Shown: positions 24,355 to 37,746 of the stretch, one piece after another
Position numbering within the stretch: the stretch's first letter is position 1
Layout of the letters: every line of letters begins with the position of its first letter
Assembly: GCA_023920165.1 (NCBI GenBank)
Contig: CP089276.1
Span: forward strand, 3,720,001-3,784,000
Origin: Curvularia clavata
Lineage: Eukaryota
DNA length: 64,000 nucleotides
Direction: 5' to 3'
Notes under the pieces: model-generated
Told to the model about the DNA's origin: nothing
The model's input: the letters and a program-made list of their open reading frames with translations, nothing else
Databases searched by the model: none
Translations under genes and position numbers: made by a program

Positions 24355-26244
24355 GGCTGAAAATTGCACTGAAGTGTGTGGATGTGAGTACAGAAATTAT
24401 TCGCCGCCCTGCGTCACTAGAATAATGTTGTCGGCAGAATAGCGGGGTGGCCGCGGGGCTAAAGCGGTCAGCGCCACCTTTAGTCCAGAACCTTCACGCT
24501 ACATCTCTATGAACGAGCCTACGCAAGGCTATATCGTAAAACTACCATACCCTCCAAATGGGTCTGGCATCCACCTTGTCAACCGTAGACATACGTACGA
24601 CGGACCCAGCCAACCGGCACGCCACAAGTCATGTCCCTTGTTCTGAAGATGTTTCGACAAGACACTGGTTAGTGGACTGAGATCGAATAGATTGATAGCA
24701 TCTCTCTCTCACTCTATACTATTTTCGCCGTTGTACAGAGCAGCGTTTTGCATATAGTAATAGTCGGGGCCAGATATACGTCACGTGAGAATATACTGGA
24801 AATAGCCTCTTGTTAATTGCGGCCTCTTCGGGGCCAATAGGCCTTATTTTTAGTTTCTTCTGAAGACAGACACGAGAGGAAGTCGACAAGCAGGGACAAA
24901 TATAGCACCGAGAGTAAGATACTGCATGATCGTGCATTAGATGCTTACCTACGTGCTGTTGCCCTACGTACTGCTGCAGGTGTCTGCAACCCCGTTGTGT
25001 GTGACAAGCCTGCCTCACTCAGGATACGGAGTACCTAACTAAGATCTAAACAGCCTGGGCGAACCAATGGCCTTATCATGAAAACAAAACCTCCGTACGC
25101 GCTCAATATACAACGTTCCCGGGCCAGCAGGGATGTTGGCAAACACAGCCGCTCAATGCTGCCAGCGGATGAGCATAGCCACGCATCTTGGCAACGGCGG
25201 GCGGCTCTCTTCGCAACACAACAACCAATACGCCCAAACGCAAGGGCTGCGTGTCCGGCGATCCAGCCCTGCGTACACTAGGCGATCTCCAGTGCAGCGG
25301 ATCCCTACGGCGTGCCTCCAGGGTAGTAAGGAGGCATGATCTCATAGTCAAGATGGAAGCAAGAAGAATGCGGCTTGTTGCGCATCACAATCAGAGCGAA
25401 CGCGACGGTGGCGACAGTCTGTGCCTCTCGGTTATCCTCTGACTGTCGCAGTCTGATCAGACACAATCCTGCCACACTTACTTTTTTTCGTCCACATCTG
25501 CATGTGAGGCGCAGGCTCATGGTACAGCAACAAAATCCGCTTCCCCTTTTCCATCTCCGGTCTATGGCAATCTCCACAGCACCGCCTCATCACCTACCAT
25601 GCTCTCGAACACAGGTGTACCGTTCATTTAGAGGTGATGGTTTGGTAGAGGGAATGATTAGTGGCTTAGAAGAGAAACATCGGCCAGGTACATCTGCAAT
25701 CTGATAGGCTGAGCCGGAGTTGCCGCCCTGACGGCCGTGGGTAGCTAGCATTTCTGACACACCTAGTATCCACCCACGGCTGGTGAAACACATCAGGAGT
25801 GCGGCTCAGGGTCACGACTGACCACTCAGATCTGCACTACGTTCAATCGGGAGCTTGCATGAATGGATGCAAGAGGCAACATGACCTGACTGGCTGACGC
25901 CTAATGCCCGGCCAAGGAATTGCGTCGCGTACAATCTCGCGACTTTTATGGTCGGGGCTCTCCCGGCTTGTAGTTGGCTTTTGCATTCTTTACTCAGTCT
26001 TCCTCCTTGCGCATTTCTGTGTTTTCACATTCACACATTCTCTTCACCCATTTTCTTTGGACGCAGGGCGACCTCGCAACACTCTCTTTGTGAATATTCC
26101 ATTCTCCGACCGTCGCTGCAGCATTTGCATTACTGGTCTTTTCACCCTGCAAGTAACTCTTCTGTGAAGGTCACTTGCTTTGCGCCCCCCGACGCATACA
26201 TTCTTTACCAAGTCCTAAATTTTCAGTCCTCAACCGCTCCGAAA

Positions 26245-27584
26245 ATGCGTTTCTCAACCTATACCACCGCGAGCGTGCTGGCCGCTTTGGCCTCCGCCCA
26301 GACCTTCACGGACTGCAACCCCATGGAAAAAACATGCCCCAACGACCCTGCCATGCCTCAGACCTGGGAGACCGACTTCACTGCTGGAAAGGACGCCATC
26401 AAGGGCTGGAAGCAGACTGCAGGTGAACTCACCTACGGACCTGATGGAGCCGCATTCACCGTTGCCAAGAAGGGCGATGCGCCAACTATTGGCTCCGAAG
26501 CATACCTCCACTTTGGTTACGTCGAGGTGGTTATGAAGGCAGCTCCTGGTGTTGGCATTGTCTCGTCTATTGTTCTCCAGTCCGATAACTTGGATGAAGT
26601 CGACTGGGAATGGATTGGAGGTGTTGACAGCCGTGTCCAGATGAACTACTTTGGAAAGGTAATTCCCCCAAAACTCAATGTGTGCTATAGTCATTTCAGA
26701 AAAACTAACTATACCGACAGGGTAACACTACCACCTTTGACCGAATGATTGAGGGCGATGTTGCCAACAACCAAAACGACTTCCACAAATACGCTTTGAA
26801 TTGGACATCGGAATCCCTCACCTGGATCATCGACGACAAGCCTGTCCGCACACTCAACTTTGCCGATGCCAACGGCGGCAAGAACTTCCCCCAGACCCCT
26901 TGCAACGTCCGTCTTGGCAACTGGCCTGGTGGTGACTCGGAGAACGAGGGTACCCGTCAGTGGGCTGGAGGAAACGTCACTTATGCCAACGCGCCCTTCA
27001 CCATGACTGTCAAGAGCGTCAAGGTCACCAACTACTCTCCCGGCAAGGAATACCAATGGACCGACAAGACCGGCGACTTCAAGTCGATCAAGGTCATTGA
27101 TGCCGGTAACAAGGACGGTGCCCCCGTCAACAACCTCCCCATCAAGCCCACCAACGGTACCCAGTCCGGCATCGAAGCCGGTGTCGACACTCCCGCCGCC
27201 TCCGGCAGCCCAGCCCAGGGCGGTTCCAGCGGCGACAAGGCCACTCCTTGCGACTGTGGCACCGCCTACGTGACCGTTACTGCCGCTCCCCCACCAGCCA
27301 GCAACGCGCCCCCCGCTACCTTTACCTCCTCCTACTCCGCCATTCCCCTCGAGAGCGCAAAGAGCAAACTCTCTTCCGCCATCGAGCAAACCACCGGCCT
27401 GGCCATCGATACCCGCTCCGCTCCTGGTATCCCCACCCCAACTGCCCCCACCGGCGCTATACCCCAGCCTCAACTCAACGGCACGTCCTCTGCTGCGCCC
27501 CCAGAGTTCACCGGCGCAGCGAGCCATGTTAAGGCTGGTGGATTGATTGGTGCTGTCTTGGGCGCTGTGGTGCTTGCTCTTTGA
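26245..27584 (+). CDS. CRH1: GPI-anchored GH16 chitin transglycosylase, Crh1/Crf1 family; intron 26659-26720
   Basis: Signal peptide, QTFTDCNP...CP.DPA, catalytic DEVDWEWIG, NYFGKG, FPQTP..VRLG.W.GGD, S/T/P-rich linker and a hydrophobic GPI tail. Confidence 0.9.
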
Positions 27585-30147
27585 ATCAAGTAAAGAATTG
27601 GGAGAATGGATTTTTGAAGATACCAAGGGATATTGTAGGGGTTTTTTTTGGGAAGGCAACAAAAGAGAGAGAGATACATAAATACATATACATACATTCA
27701 CTTTTTTTTTATCTGTAAATACTTAATTTCAGGCGCCCTCGTTGAGTGGGATCCATTTGAACCATGGGCAAAAGTTTTTTGAAAGTCGTCTCTTCTATAT
27801 CTTCTATTGCTTGGGTCAAAAGTTCTTTCTCTCTTCGGTGCCATGTCTGAGTTGTTGGCACGAGATGGAATACTTTGATTTTGCTGCCTGTAATGGGTAT
27901 ACAGGGGGTTTTTCTTTGCCCTGCGATAAGCTATCGTTATTTCATTTGTCGTGCTCGGGAAGTGAGTTTGCGTTTAGTGAGATTCATCGCGTCCCCAGGC
28001 CACAACTTGTTTGTCAATGGCTATGTAGATGGTTTGTTTTGTTCTTCCTTGATATCCACGAATGCGTCTCGTGCGTTCGAGTCAGGAAGTAGGTATGGAT
28101 GCAAGCATATTGCATCTAGCCAGGTATTCGCGAGATCGTGTGGGGTGTAAGCAGACTTTTGTGGAAAAGGGTTTGTCTAATACGAGACATTAGTATTGGT
28201 GATTAGTAGGGAACATTGTTTTCAGCCTTGAAGAGGAAATGGATTAGCAATGTCGACTCTTTTGTTTTGTCATGATAGATTTGTCATGCGACAGCGTGTT
28301 AATCAAGGCCTGGGTGTATGGTTGGTGATGTGTTTGATGGATCGGTTCTGATAGCACTGGTATGCTGCTTTGCTCGCCAGTGATTGAACGAGGAAGGATA
28401 ATTCGAGGATCTCAGGCAGGATGAGAACTTGTTAGTGTTGTAACAGTTCATGTCCGTGTCACTCAGAGGAACATTGCGTGTGGTTGTTTGGGCACCGCTC
28501 ATAACTTGCATCTGGGAGGAGGCCAGCAATGCATGCCTTCGTATCAGTAATCTGATTAGATAGCCTTTGTTGCCCACAGAAAATCGTCGAAGAAGCTTTG
28601 TCCATGTATGGAACAGGAAGAATTGTTGGCAGGACAAAAAAGCTCATGCGTTTCGTACGACATGTCTAGCTGGCTCGATGGGATAGCTGTATCCATCCTG
28701 ACCTTCGGGAGTATGTGTAATTGAGGCTCGTCCGTAGTTTGATGAAGACGCGTTCTTGGAAAATAATATCAGAAACCATCCTTGTCTAGGGCTGGCCATC
28801 ATGATTGCGATGAGAACCTCCGAAGTCTCAAAGGCCTTCACCAAGCGGCTTTTGATGGTTCACCTGAAGCAGATTTACGTAAAGCCAGAAACACTCACTC
28901 ATTAGACAAAACCGTATCGGCAGTGCAGTCAACACCATTGTAGATGCGTTCATTACATCAGCCACCTGCATCAGCACTAAACTGGGTCCCTCTCTTGCTG
29001 TAATTCTCCGGTATTCGATCCACTGTTTGTCAGCTCCAACCCGCAAGCCACATGCTCAGCTGAAGACGACTGAGGCTTGACATCGATGTTTCCATTCGTG
29101 GAGGCGTGGCGGTGTCGCGGAGAGCCGCAGCAACCCGCACTAGCGGACACTATAGTTTTGTGTCCGCTCTTCAATCACCTTGGCAGTGATGGTGTTGCTG
29201 AAAGCTGATCAAGAAACTGCATTAGGCAGTATTGGCACTGCCTCGTGGGGATTCATGACTAGTACTGCTCTCCTAAAAAGTGTGCTGTGACCAGTAGCTG
29301 CGGTCCACGTGTGACGAATGCTGCATCGAGGGTCCAAGAAAATGAGAGAAGATTCTCGTGAAGAATATCGAAAAGAGGGCTGAGTGTATGCTGTCGTAAT
29401 GAGAGTGGAAGCGTGATGCCATGAATACTAAGCAATGCGGGTGCATCCGGTAGGAGCTTATGCTCCCCGCCACACCGTTCATCAACTGCAACCAAACACT
29501 GCCTCACATGTCAGTAGATGCGACGCGATCTTCCCAGCCCGCCACGCGCCAACTCCAGATTCGCTCCAGTATGGGCACGCCTCTGCCGCCAGTTTGTGGC
29601 CAGTGCCATGCGCCGGGCTCCGCTCCCCATCAAAGCGTAACGGTTCGGGAGTTTCGCTTCGACGGACGCGTTTCGAAACGGACAAGAACCGTCATTTCAC
29701 CACTGTTTTAGAGCGTGAGCCAAGAAAACCGTCCTCCAAAAACACAGCCTATCTGACACAGTTGACAAGCTTGGCCGCCATGTTTGCCTAGCTCTGCCAT
29801 TGGGCATTTGCCTGGCTAAGCCTCGAAACTCGCACAAGTCGGCCTGCACATCATGCTTCATCCCCACTGGGTGGCCTAGGCATGCGCCCCCGGACAAGTC
29901 AGCACCCTTGCTGATGGGTGCACTTTTTCTTCTAATATTAGGGCTAACCGTGAGAATGTGGCACGCCCAAGGTGTCGAAGGCTTAGAATCTCTCCGAATC
30001 ACGTCTTTCCAGGCTGGGAAAGAGGCCTCAGCTGCATTTGGTCACATCTTGGACCCTATAACACGCTTGCTGCCACTCCACAGGCTGTTCGCTACTCCTG
30101 CTTCTTTTCCCGACATCTCTTTTTGCCGTACACCTTGACTGACTGAC

Positions 30148-30951
30148 ATGGGCATTTCACATCATTATCATCGTGCTTCAAATCCCGCCTCGCAGCCAAA
30201 GGCCACAACATCATCAACAACAACGTCATGGTGGCCACTGTTTGCGGCTTCTTTCGTGCTCTCCGCGCTATCTATTACTAATTTGGGGCTGATTAGCTCC
30301 ATGGTCGGATGGCTGCTCAAGCAAAAACACGACGTGCATGTCTATCAAATCAACTGGCCTGGAAATGAAACGCTGTTGAACGTGCTGCCAAAGAATTTGT
30401 GGGTGGATCAGGGCCATGAGAGCAACGGTGTAGCGGGGTACGGATTCTTTCTGGGTCTCTTTAGCATGTTGACAGCATGGAGAATGCGGAATGCTCAGCG
30501 GGTATGTTGACTCCATGCTCTCTGACCTGTAGCGTAGTATGCTAACGATGATGAGCAGCGCCTGAAGAGCCTCACCGTACTCACGGTTCTGCTGTTCCTC
30601 GCCGTGTTATTCACGCTGTCAGCTTTCATCTTCACCTTTGTTGTAACATATCAGACGACTGGCCAGCAAATTCGCGAGCCTGTCGCCGTCAACACGGCCG
30701 GCATGAACTACCCAGAGTTTCACTGGACACCCGAGACTTGGTTCAAAGCTGTCCTAGACCTGCCTCTCGCAGATCAATCTGTGCGCCATGAGATAGAGCA
30801 CAAGGTCACAAATATGGTGGCGTGGCGGTGGATGCTACTCGTGATATTCATTGTGGATATCGTTGTGTTTAGCCTAGCGGTGATAGCCTGGCTGAAGCAG
30901 CGGAGGGGTGTGGCAGCGCGGACGGGCTCCCCAAACTCTGTTGAGAAGTAA
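30148..30951 (+). CDS. Hypothetical fungal membrane protein with about 4 TM segments; intron 30502-30558
   Basis: Two ORF halves are joined by a canonical GTATGT..GCTAAC..CAG intron. Conserved-looking motifs GHESNGVAGYGFF and WTPETWFKAVLDLPL. Confidence 0.7.
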
Positions 30952-31387
30952 AAGCACGCACTCGCATGCAGTATTTACTGGAAATATAAGCAAAGCGGAG
31001 CGAATTTACTCTGTTGTTCTGTTCACTGGCAGTTCTCACATGCAAAAAGCTGGGTACACATGACAGTATGGTCCGAAGAACCTGGTCACTCGTGAACGGC
31101 CCGTACACGCGTGACACCCACATCCTGGACGGCCGGCACACGGCCTTGACTAATCCACGCCTTATATCACGACGCTGCCTGGCGCGTGTTTACGTTCACA
31201 GCCTGCTTTCTTGTGTTGTTGAAGGTCTAAGGCCCAACACCCCACAAAGGCTTTAGCGAGACGACCAGGTGTGCAGTGCAAGCCTCGGCGCATCACCATT
31301 ACCGCCATCACGAAAAACTGCGGCCCCGCTCAACCAACTCTCCTCCAGCCCGCCGTCTCCTCGCGATCCACGACGCCAGTCTTCGCC

Positions 31388-32388
31388 ATGAGCTGGCTCT
31401 TCTACCTCGCCATGCCGCCCGTGCTCATCATGGCCATGCGGCTGCTGTCGCTCGTGCTGCCCGCGAAGCCCGCCCAGCTGCTCTCCTTCTACGCCTTCGC
31501 AATCAGCTCCTTTATCCTCATGGGCATCTGCGCCTTGTACGGAACACTTGTGGCGTTGCCCCTGCGCATGGTGGGGTACGGTGGCCTGATTCAATGGACC
31601 GTAGCGAGATCCTTCAAGTGGTGCATGTGGTTCGGAACGGGTGTGACTTTTAGGGTTACAGGCAGCATGAAGAAGGAGGCTGGTGTCAGCGGCGAGGATG
31701 CGCTCCGGGACCGACCTGCTGTCTTTGTGGGCAACCACCAGACGTAAGTCTTTGCTAAGAATGAAGAGAAACGAACAATTGTAGCAGAGGCGGGGCTAAC
31801 ACTTTGAGTAGCGAACTCGACGTCCTCATGCTTGGCTGCATGTTCCCCAAGTACACATCCGTCACCGCCAAAAAGTCGCTCAAGTACACGCCGCTGCTGG
31901 GCTGGTTCATGGCCCTGTCAAAGACCGTCTTCATCGACCGCGCAAACCGCACTACTGCCCGCGCCGCTTTTGATACGGCTGCCCAGACTATGAAATCGAC
32001 GCGCCAGTCCGTCTTCATCTTCCCCGAAGGAACACGCTCCTACTCCGAAAAGCCCGATCTCCTTCCTTTCAAGAAGGGTGCCTTCCATCTCGCTGTACAA
32101 GCACAGGTCCCCATTGTGCCCGTTGTATGCGCAAACTACTCGCACGTACTGAACGTCAAGGCTAAGAAGTTTTCCCCTGGTATCGTCGATGTGACCGTCT
32201 TGCCGCCAATACAAACAAAGGGATTGGGCGCTGAGCATGTAGACGAACTCGTCAAGAAGACAAGAGATGCTATGATGGAGGAATTGATCCGGTTAAGCCA
32301 TATCTCAGGTACGGGCAACGGCGAGCCCCTACCAAGGAGCAGCGGAGTCGACGAGCAGGCACGTGGCGAGCTGAGGAAGAGGTACTAG
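31388..32388 (+). CDS. SLC1: 1-acyl-sn-glycerol-3-phosphate acyltransferase; intron 31744-31811
   Basis: NHQTELD (NHxxxxD), KKSLKYTPLLGWFM, FIDR, FPEGTRS and LPFKKGAFHLAVQAQVPIVP. Confidence 0.93.
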
Positions 32389-33184
32389 ACAGCCAGGACG
32401 GCGACTCATCCAAGCGGGGACGAGCGGAGACGTTATGATGGGTCTCTGGCATACAGCAGGAATTAGAGGTGACGAAATGGTTGCATCGAATTCAACAGCC
32501 AAGGATGGGGCTGAAAGCATGCGGCGCGTATGGCGTTGGGTGGCTTGGGTTTTCCATGCATATTGATATCCTAGAGAAGATGCATTTTCATTTCTCCAAT
32601 GGCGTGTATATAGTCGTGGTACTCCGTACTTTGGCGGAAATTAAAGACCATTGTGCATTCTCTTATCAATTTCCGGAGTGTATTCAAAGAGGGCATGCAA
32701 GATTGCTGTGCATGGACTAACTACTTACTGTAAGTAACTTTGCTGCTATTACTTTAGTTTAGTAGACAGTCTTGTTTCACGCGTGAACGTCAAAAGATAT
32801 TATCAGGCAGTGTACCGGTGTAAAAAATACACGCGTCTAGCATGTTGTGAGGAGAAGTGGAATCAATGTTAACAGTGCTAAGAGATCGGCACATCTTTCT
32901 CGCGTCAGAAGACCGACCTCGGGGCGAGCTACCCCACGATAACCCCTCCCGTTTTATTGCCTAATAGGGCATTCCGTTCTGCACGCTTGAGTGGCTGCTC
33001 GACACGATGTAGTATATATATGCTCACATGAACATGAATATAAATACATATCCAACCAGGTGTTTCGGTTATTAAGTCATCAGGCTGATTCATTTCCCCC
33101 GTAGTGCAGTCTGTGATCAATCTGCACTGCTCGATTCAACGTCTGTGAACTGACTGACTAGTTACGTACAACCAAAGGGTAAAG

Positions 33185-34277
33185 ATGGCAGCTGGGCAGG
33201 AATATAATGTGCAAGGCAAGAGTGCGATTGTCACTGGCGCTGGCTCCGGTATGTTACAGCCCCCCTGACTTCATCTGATTAGCATTCACTCTGGGATCTC
33301 TCCGCTGAACCTCGAGTCCAACATCAGGTATTAACTTTTGCTTCGCTGCCTTACTTCTCAATCGAGGCTGCTCTGTCCTGATTGCCGACCTCTCTCTACG
33401 GCCTGAAGCGCAGAAGCTTCTGGACGATTATAGCCAGAAAGAGACGGGCAGACCACGAGCAGTCTTCGTCAAGACGGATGTAACAGATTGGCCACAATTA
33501 GAACGTATGTTCAGCGTCGGCGTGCAAGAATTCGGCCAAATCGATATTGTATGCCCTGGCGCTGGCATCTACGATCCTCACTGGAGCAACTTCTGGCACC
33601 CTCCCGGCGTACCTGGCGGCAAGAGCAAAGACAGCGTCGACGGCGGCCGGTATGCCAGTCTAGACATCAACGTGACGCATCCGATTCGCACGACGCAGCT
33701 TGCCATTTCACATTTTCTGAATCCCCCACCGGGGGTGCAGAAAGTAGGCCCTCAGAACCCAAAGCGCGTCATTATTATTTCCTCTATCGCGGGCCAAAAC
33801 GCCAATCTGAATACGCCCATCTACGTGGCTGCTAAACATGCCATGAACGGCTTCATCCGCTCGCTTGGCCTGCTAGAAGGGGAGATGGGGATTCGCGTCA
33901 ACGGCGTGGCACCAGGTTTGATCAAGACACCGCTTTGGACTGAGCACCCAGAGAAAATGACTTTCCTCGACCTATCAAAAGATACATGGGCGACGCCGGA
34001 AGAAGTGGCTGAAGCCATGTTGAGGTGTTTGCAAGAGGTGGAACTGGGCGGAGGCACGATTCTAGAGGTTGGTGCGAATCAGACGAGGAAAGTTGAGGCA
34101 CTGGTATGTAGAATATTGTCCGTTGCTGTTGTGTCTGTTTACTTGCTAATAGGACCACAGAATGACCCAGGACCGAGCGGCCCAGGACATACGGTTAGCA
34201 ATATACAGGAGCAGTACAAGGAGGTGTATGGATGGCTAGGCCAGGAGGGATGGGGTGTTGCGAAGACAGAATCGTAG
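33185..34277 (+). CDS. Short-chain dehydrogenase, 15-hydroxyprostaglandin-DH-like; introns about 33249-33327 and 34103-34160
   Basis: GKSAIVTGAGSGIN, DVTDW, SSIAG, catalytic YVAAK and IRVNGVAPGLIKTPLW. Confidence 0.88.
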
Positions 34278-35065
34278 CTGGTGTGTCGAGTCAGTTCGCA
34301 TCGTATGATTGTGCCCAATTGTTGTTGAGAGCAGTAAGCGCAGATAGAGTATGGTATGGTTAGGAATTCTTCCGTCTTCAAATACCGCTGGCCTTAGAAC
34401 GTGCCTGATTTCGCGAGGCTTTTGTCGACCGGCTATTGAGAAGTCTTAGCCCTCTGTGCCCCGACGGCCGGACTACTGTGCTCCGGCGGCTCTAAAATTT
34501 GGCATCGCGACATCTAGAACTGAAACGGTGGAAGTAGGCCAACAGAAAAAAAAAAGACGTCTGACGTCGGCCGTATGGCATAGCATAGCATGGCAATACA
34601 TCAGAGAGGGGCCACCCCGGTTGTATTGCGGGCCATTTAGCAAATATGAGATCATTTGGGTGGTGCAACGGCCAACATGCGACAAGAGAGGGCTTGATGG
34701 CCCCGGCCCAATTGCCCATGGCTTTAGGAAAGCGGTTGTACCGGATGAGGATGTCGGCCGGTGGCTTACTTTGTGTTGAAGCATGCTGATTGAGCGTGCG
34801 ACAGCCTATCAGCGAGGCGTTGGCCCGGCGTTGCCACTTGTGACGCTGCAGCCTTTTTCCCATGGAGTGGCGGCGAGTGGGAGTGGGAGGGGCACGACGC
34901 TACGTATGAAAGTGCTCCACCGCCGCAGCAGCTCTCGACTAGCATTCTTTCTCCTCAGACTCTCTCTCCCCTCCATCAATCATCTCCTTTGAACTGTTGT
35001 CAATCTCAGTTTGAATCCAAAAAACACTTACACATACCCCCATATACCCCAAACACCCACCCACA

Positions 35066-36224
35066 ATGCCTAGCTCTCTCGATCAGCTCAAGGCCGCCGG
35101 TACCGTAAGTTGCTCACCCCCACGCCATTGCGATGCACGGAAGAATTGTTGAATCTGACAAACTTTTCCTGTCTGCAGACGGTTGTCGCCGACTCTGGTG
35201 ACTTTGCGACCATCAAGAAGTACCAGCCCCAGGATGCGACGACCAACCCTTCGCTCATCCTCGCCGCCTCCAAGAAGCCCGAGTACGCGAAGCTGATCGA
35301 CGCGGCCGTCGCATACGGCAAGAAGAACGGCACCGACCTCGAGAACCAGGTCGATGTCACTCTCGACAACCTCCTTGTCCAGTTCGGCAAGGAGATCCTC
35401 CAGATTGTCCCCGGCAAGGTCTCAACAGAGGTTGACGCCCGCTTCTCCTTCTCCACCGAGCAGTCTGTAAACAAGGCTCTGCGCATCATCGACGTACGTT
35501 GCCAAACACTTTTCTCTAGAACATAACATGCTGACTTTGCGCAGCTCTACAAGGAGGCCGGTATCGACAAGGAGCGTGTTCTTATCAAGCTTGCCTCAAC
35601 ATGGGAGGGCATCAAGGCTGCCGAGATCCTCCAGTCCAAGCACGGAATCAACTGCAACCTTACCCTCATGTTCTCCCAGGTTCAGGCCATTGCTGCCGCT
35701 GAGGCCGGTGCCTACCTCATCTCCCCCTTCGTTGGCCGTATCCTTGACTGGTACAAGGCCGCGACCAAGAAGGAGTACTCCAAGGAGGAGGACCCCGGTG
35801 TCAAGAGCGTCCAGCAGATCTTCAACTACTACAAGAAGCACGGCTACAAGACCATTGTCATGGGTGCCTCTTTCCGCAGCATCGGCGAGGTCACAGAACT
35901 TGCTGGCTGCGACTACCTGACCATTGCTGTAAGTAGCATTCGCCTTGGTTTTGTATACTCTGTTCAGTTACTAATAATCCCCAGCCCAACCTGCTCGAGC
36001 AGCTCTACAACTCCCAGGATGAGGTGCCCAAGAAGCTCATCGCCGAGGACGCCGCCAACCTCAACATTGAGAAGAAGAGCTACATCAACGACGAGGCCGA
36101 GTTCCGCTTCTACTTCAACGAGGACCAGATGGCCGTCGAGAAGCTCCGCGAGGGTATCTCGAAATTCGCTGCTGACGCCGTCACTCTCAAGGACATTCTC
36201 CGCGAGAAGATCCAGCAGGCATAA
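35066..36224 (+). CDS. TAL1: Transaldolase; 4 exons
   Basis: [67 protein letters not shown] and [13 protein letters not shown]. Confidence 0.97.
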
Positions 36225-36710
36225 ATTGCATGGCCCGATAATCGGCCAGGGAATGAGGATATGATTTAATTACGACGTTTTCTTCCAGTTTGAGCACTGA
36301 GACTTGACGGGAGCTTCGGATGGCACGTAGATAGAAAAAAATCGACACGTGAAAAACCGAAGCTAGTTGCAACATTTGTATTATGCGTGTGTGCCTGCAT
36401 GAGACACAATGAACAGCGTGGGACCATGCCAGCATGGCACCGGATGAGACAGACAGAGGGGCTGGAACCGTAGAGATTTATCATCATTTGCCGGGCCTGG
36501 GGCTCGGCTTTACTGCTTATGTCGACAGCTCTGGCGCAAGGCGGGTCCTGGCGGGTGTTGCGTCACTTAGACAGCCCCGCATTGAAAGCTCACCTCCCCG
36601 ACGGAAGCTACCTCCTCTTCCCCTCCATCGCCCCAAGCTTAGAACATCTCACCACCCACAAGAAATCTCATCAATCCATTCATCAATTCCTAATTACACA
36701 AACCACCACA

Positions 36711-37746
36711 ATGGTCAAAGCCGGTAAGTTGACAACCATACAACAAGCTTTCTTTAAGCTATTTGCCCCGAGGTGGGGTTCGTCCAGCGCGGGGCGGGTT
36801 GTTGCGTGAGATTGAGCAGATTTCTTTGCTGCAAATCGACCACGCACCATGTCTAGCGGGTGCACCAAAGCAGCCGCTCAGAAAGTAGGGGAGGCAGAGA
36901 GAGCGGCAATTGGACGAGTTGGGCGTACGGAGAGGACCTTGATGGCCTTTCTAGAAGCCCTTGAACAATGAGCTTCCGGTTCACCTGCACCGTCGTCGTC
37001 TTGCTCCAATCACCTCTCTTTCTGGCGAAAGGAATACCCTGATGGCTTTGGGGCATGCTTAAACTGGCGGGACGACCCGAAGAATGCTCAAGGGGGGTGC
37101 TGAGAGACCTGATCGCTAACGCGTAACATAGTCGCCGTCCTCCGTGGAGACTCCAACGTCAAGGGAACCGTCACCTTTGAGCAGGCCGACGAGTCCGCCC
37201 CTACCACCATCTCATGGAACATTACTGGCCACGATGCCAACGCTGAGCGCGGCATGCACATCCACGCCTTTGGCGACAACACAAACGGATGCACATCTGC
37301 TGGTCCTCACTGTGAGTTTCCCTTTCCCCTTTGAACTTAGCGCCGAGGTGGTTTAAGCTTCTCTGCGGTTCTTGATATCCACAAAGTATGGCCAAGCTGA
37401 CAACGTTCACTACAGTCAACCCCCACAACAAGACCCACGGCGCCCCCAGCGACGAGGAGCGCCACGTCGGTGACTTGGGCAACTTCAAGACTGATGCCCA
37501 GGGCAATGCTCAGGGAAGCGTCACCGACAAGCTCATCAAGCTGATTGGTTCCGAGAGCGTCATTGGCGTATGTTCCCCTCCTCATTTTTCTCATATATGA
37601 CCGGCAGAGACTAACGATATGATCAGCGCACCATTGTCGTCCACGCTGGTACCGACGACCTTGGCAAGGGCGGACACGAGGAGTCCAAGAAGACTGGCAA
37701 TGCCGGTGGCCGTCCCGCTTGCGGTGTCATTGGTATCTCCAACTAA
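36711..37746 (+). CDS. SOD1: Cu/Zn superoxide dismutase; exons 36711-36723, 37132-37311, 37416-37567 and 37627-37746
   Basis: [55 protein letters not shown] and [13 protein letters not shown]. Confidence 0.97.

Noticed and set aside
25948..26244. In-frame upstream extension of CRH1 in the ORF track
   Set aside because: The signal peptide begins at ATG 26245 in good context. The upstream part looks like pyrimidine-rich UTR, possibly with a UTR intron.
26709..27701. 330-aa antisense ORF over CRH1 (and similar antisense ORFs over myosin, EMC1 and the transporter)
   Set aside because: Shadow ORFs caused by codon bias of the sense gene.
28299..29200. Possible decayed gene on the minus strand (protein-like fragments, a GTGAGT..CAG intron-like stretch) and a 9-bp hairpin at 29142-29168
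   Set aside because: Many stops in every frame and no family I can recognise. It needs tblastx/blastx before being called a pseudogene.
36190..36264. Cryptic peroxisomal signal (HKL) in a shifted frame at the TAL1 stop
   Set aside because: HKL is not followed by a stop, and readthrough of the true stop gives no PTS1. The same check was negative for SOD1, GST, both SDRs and the nitroreductase.
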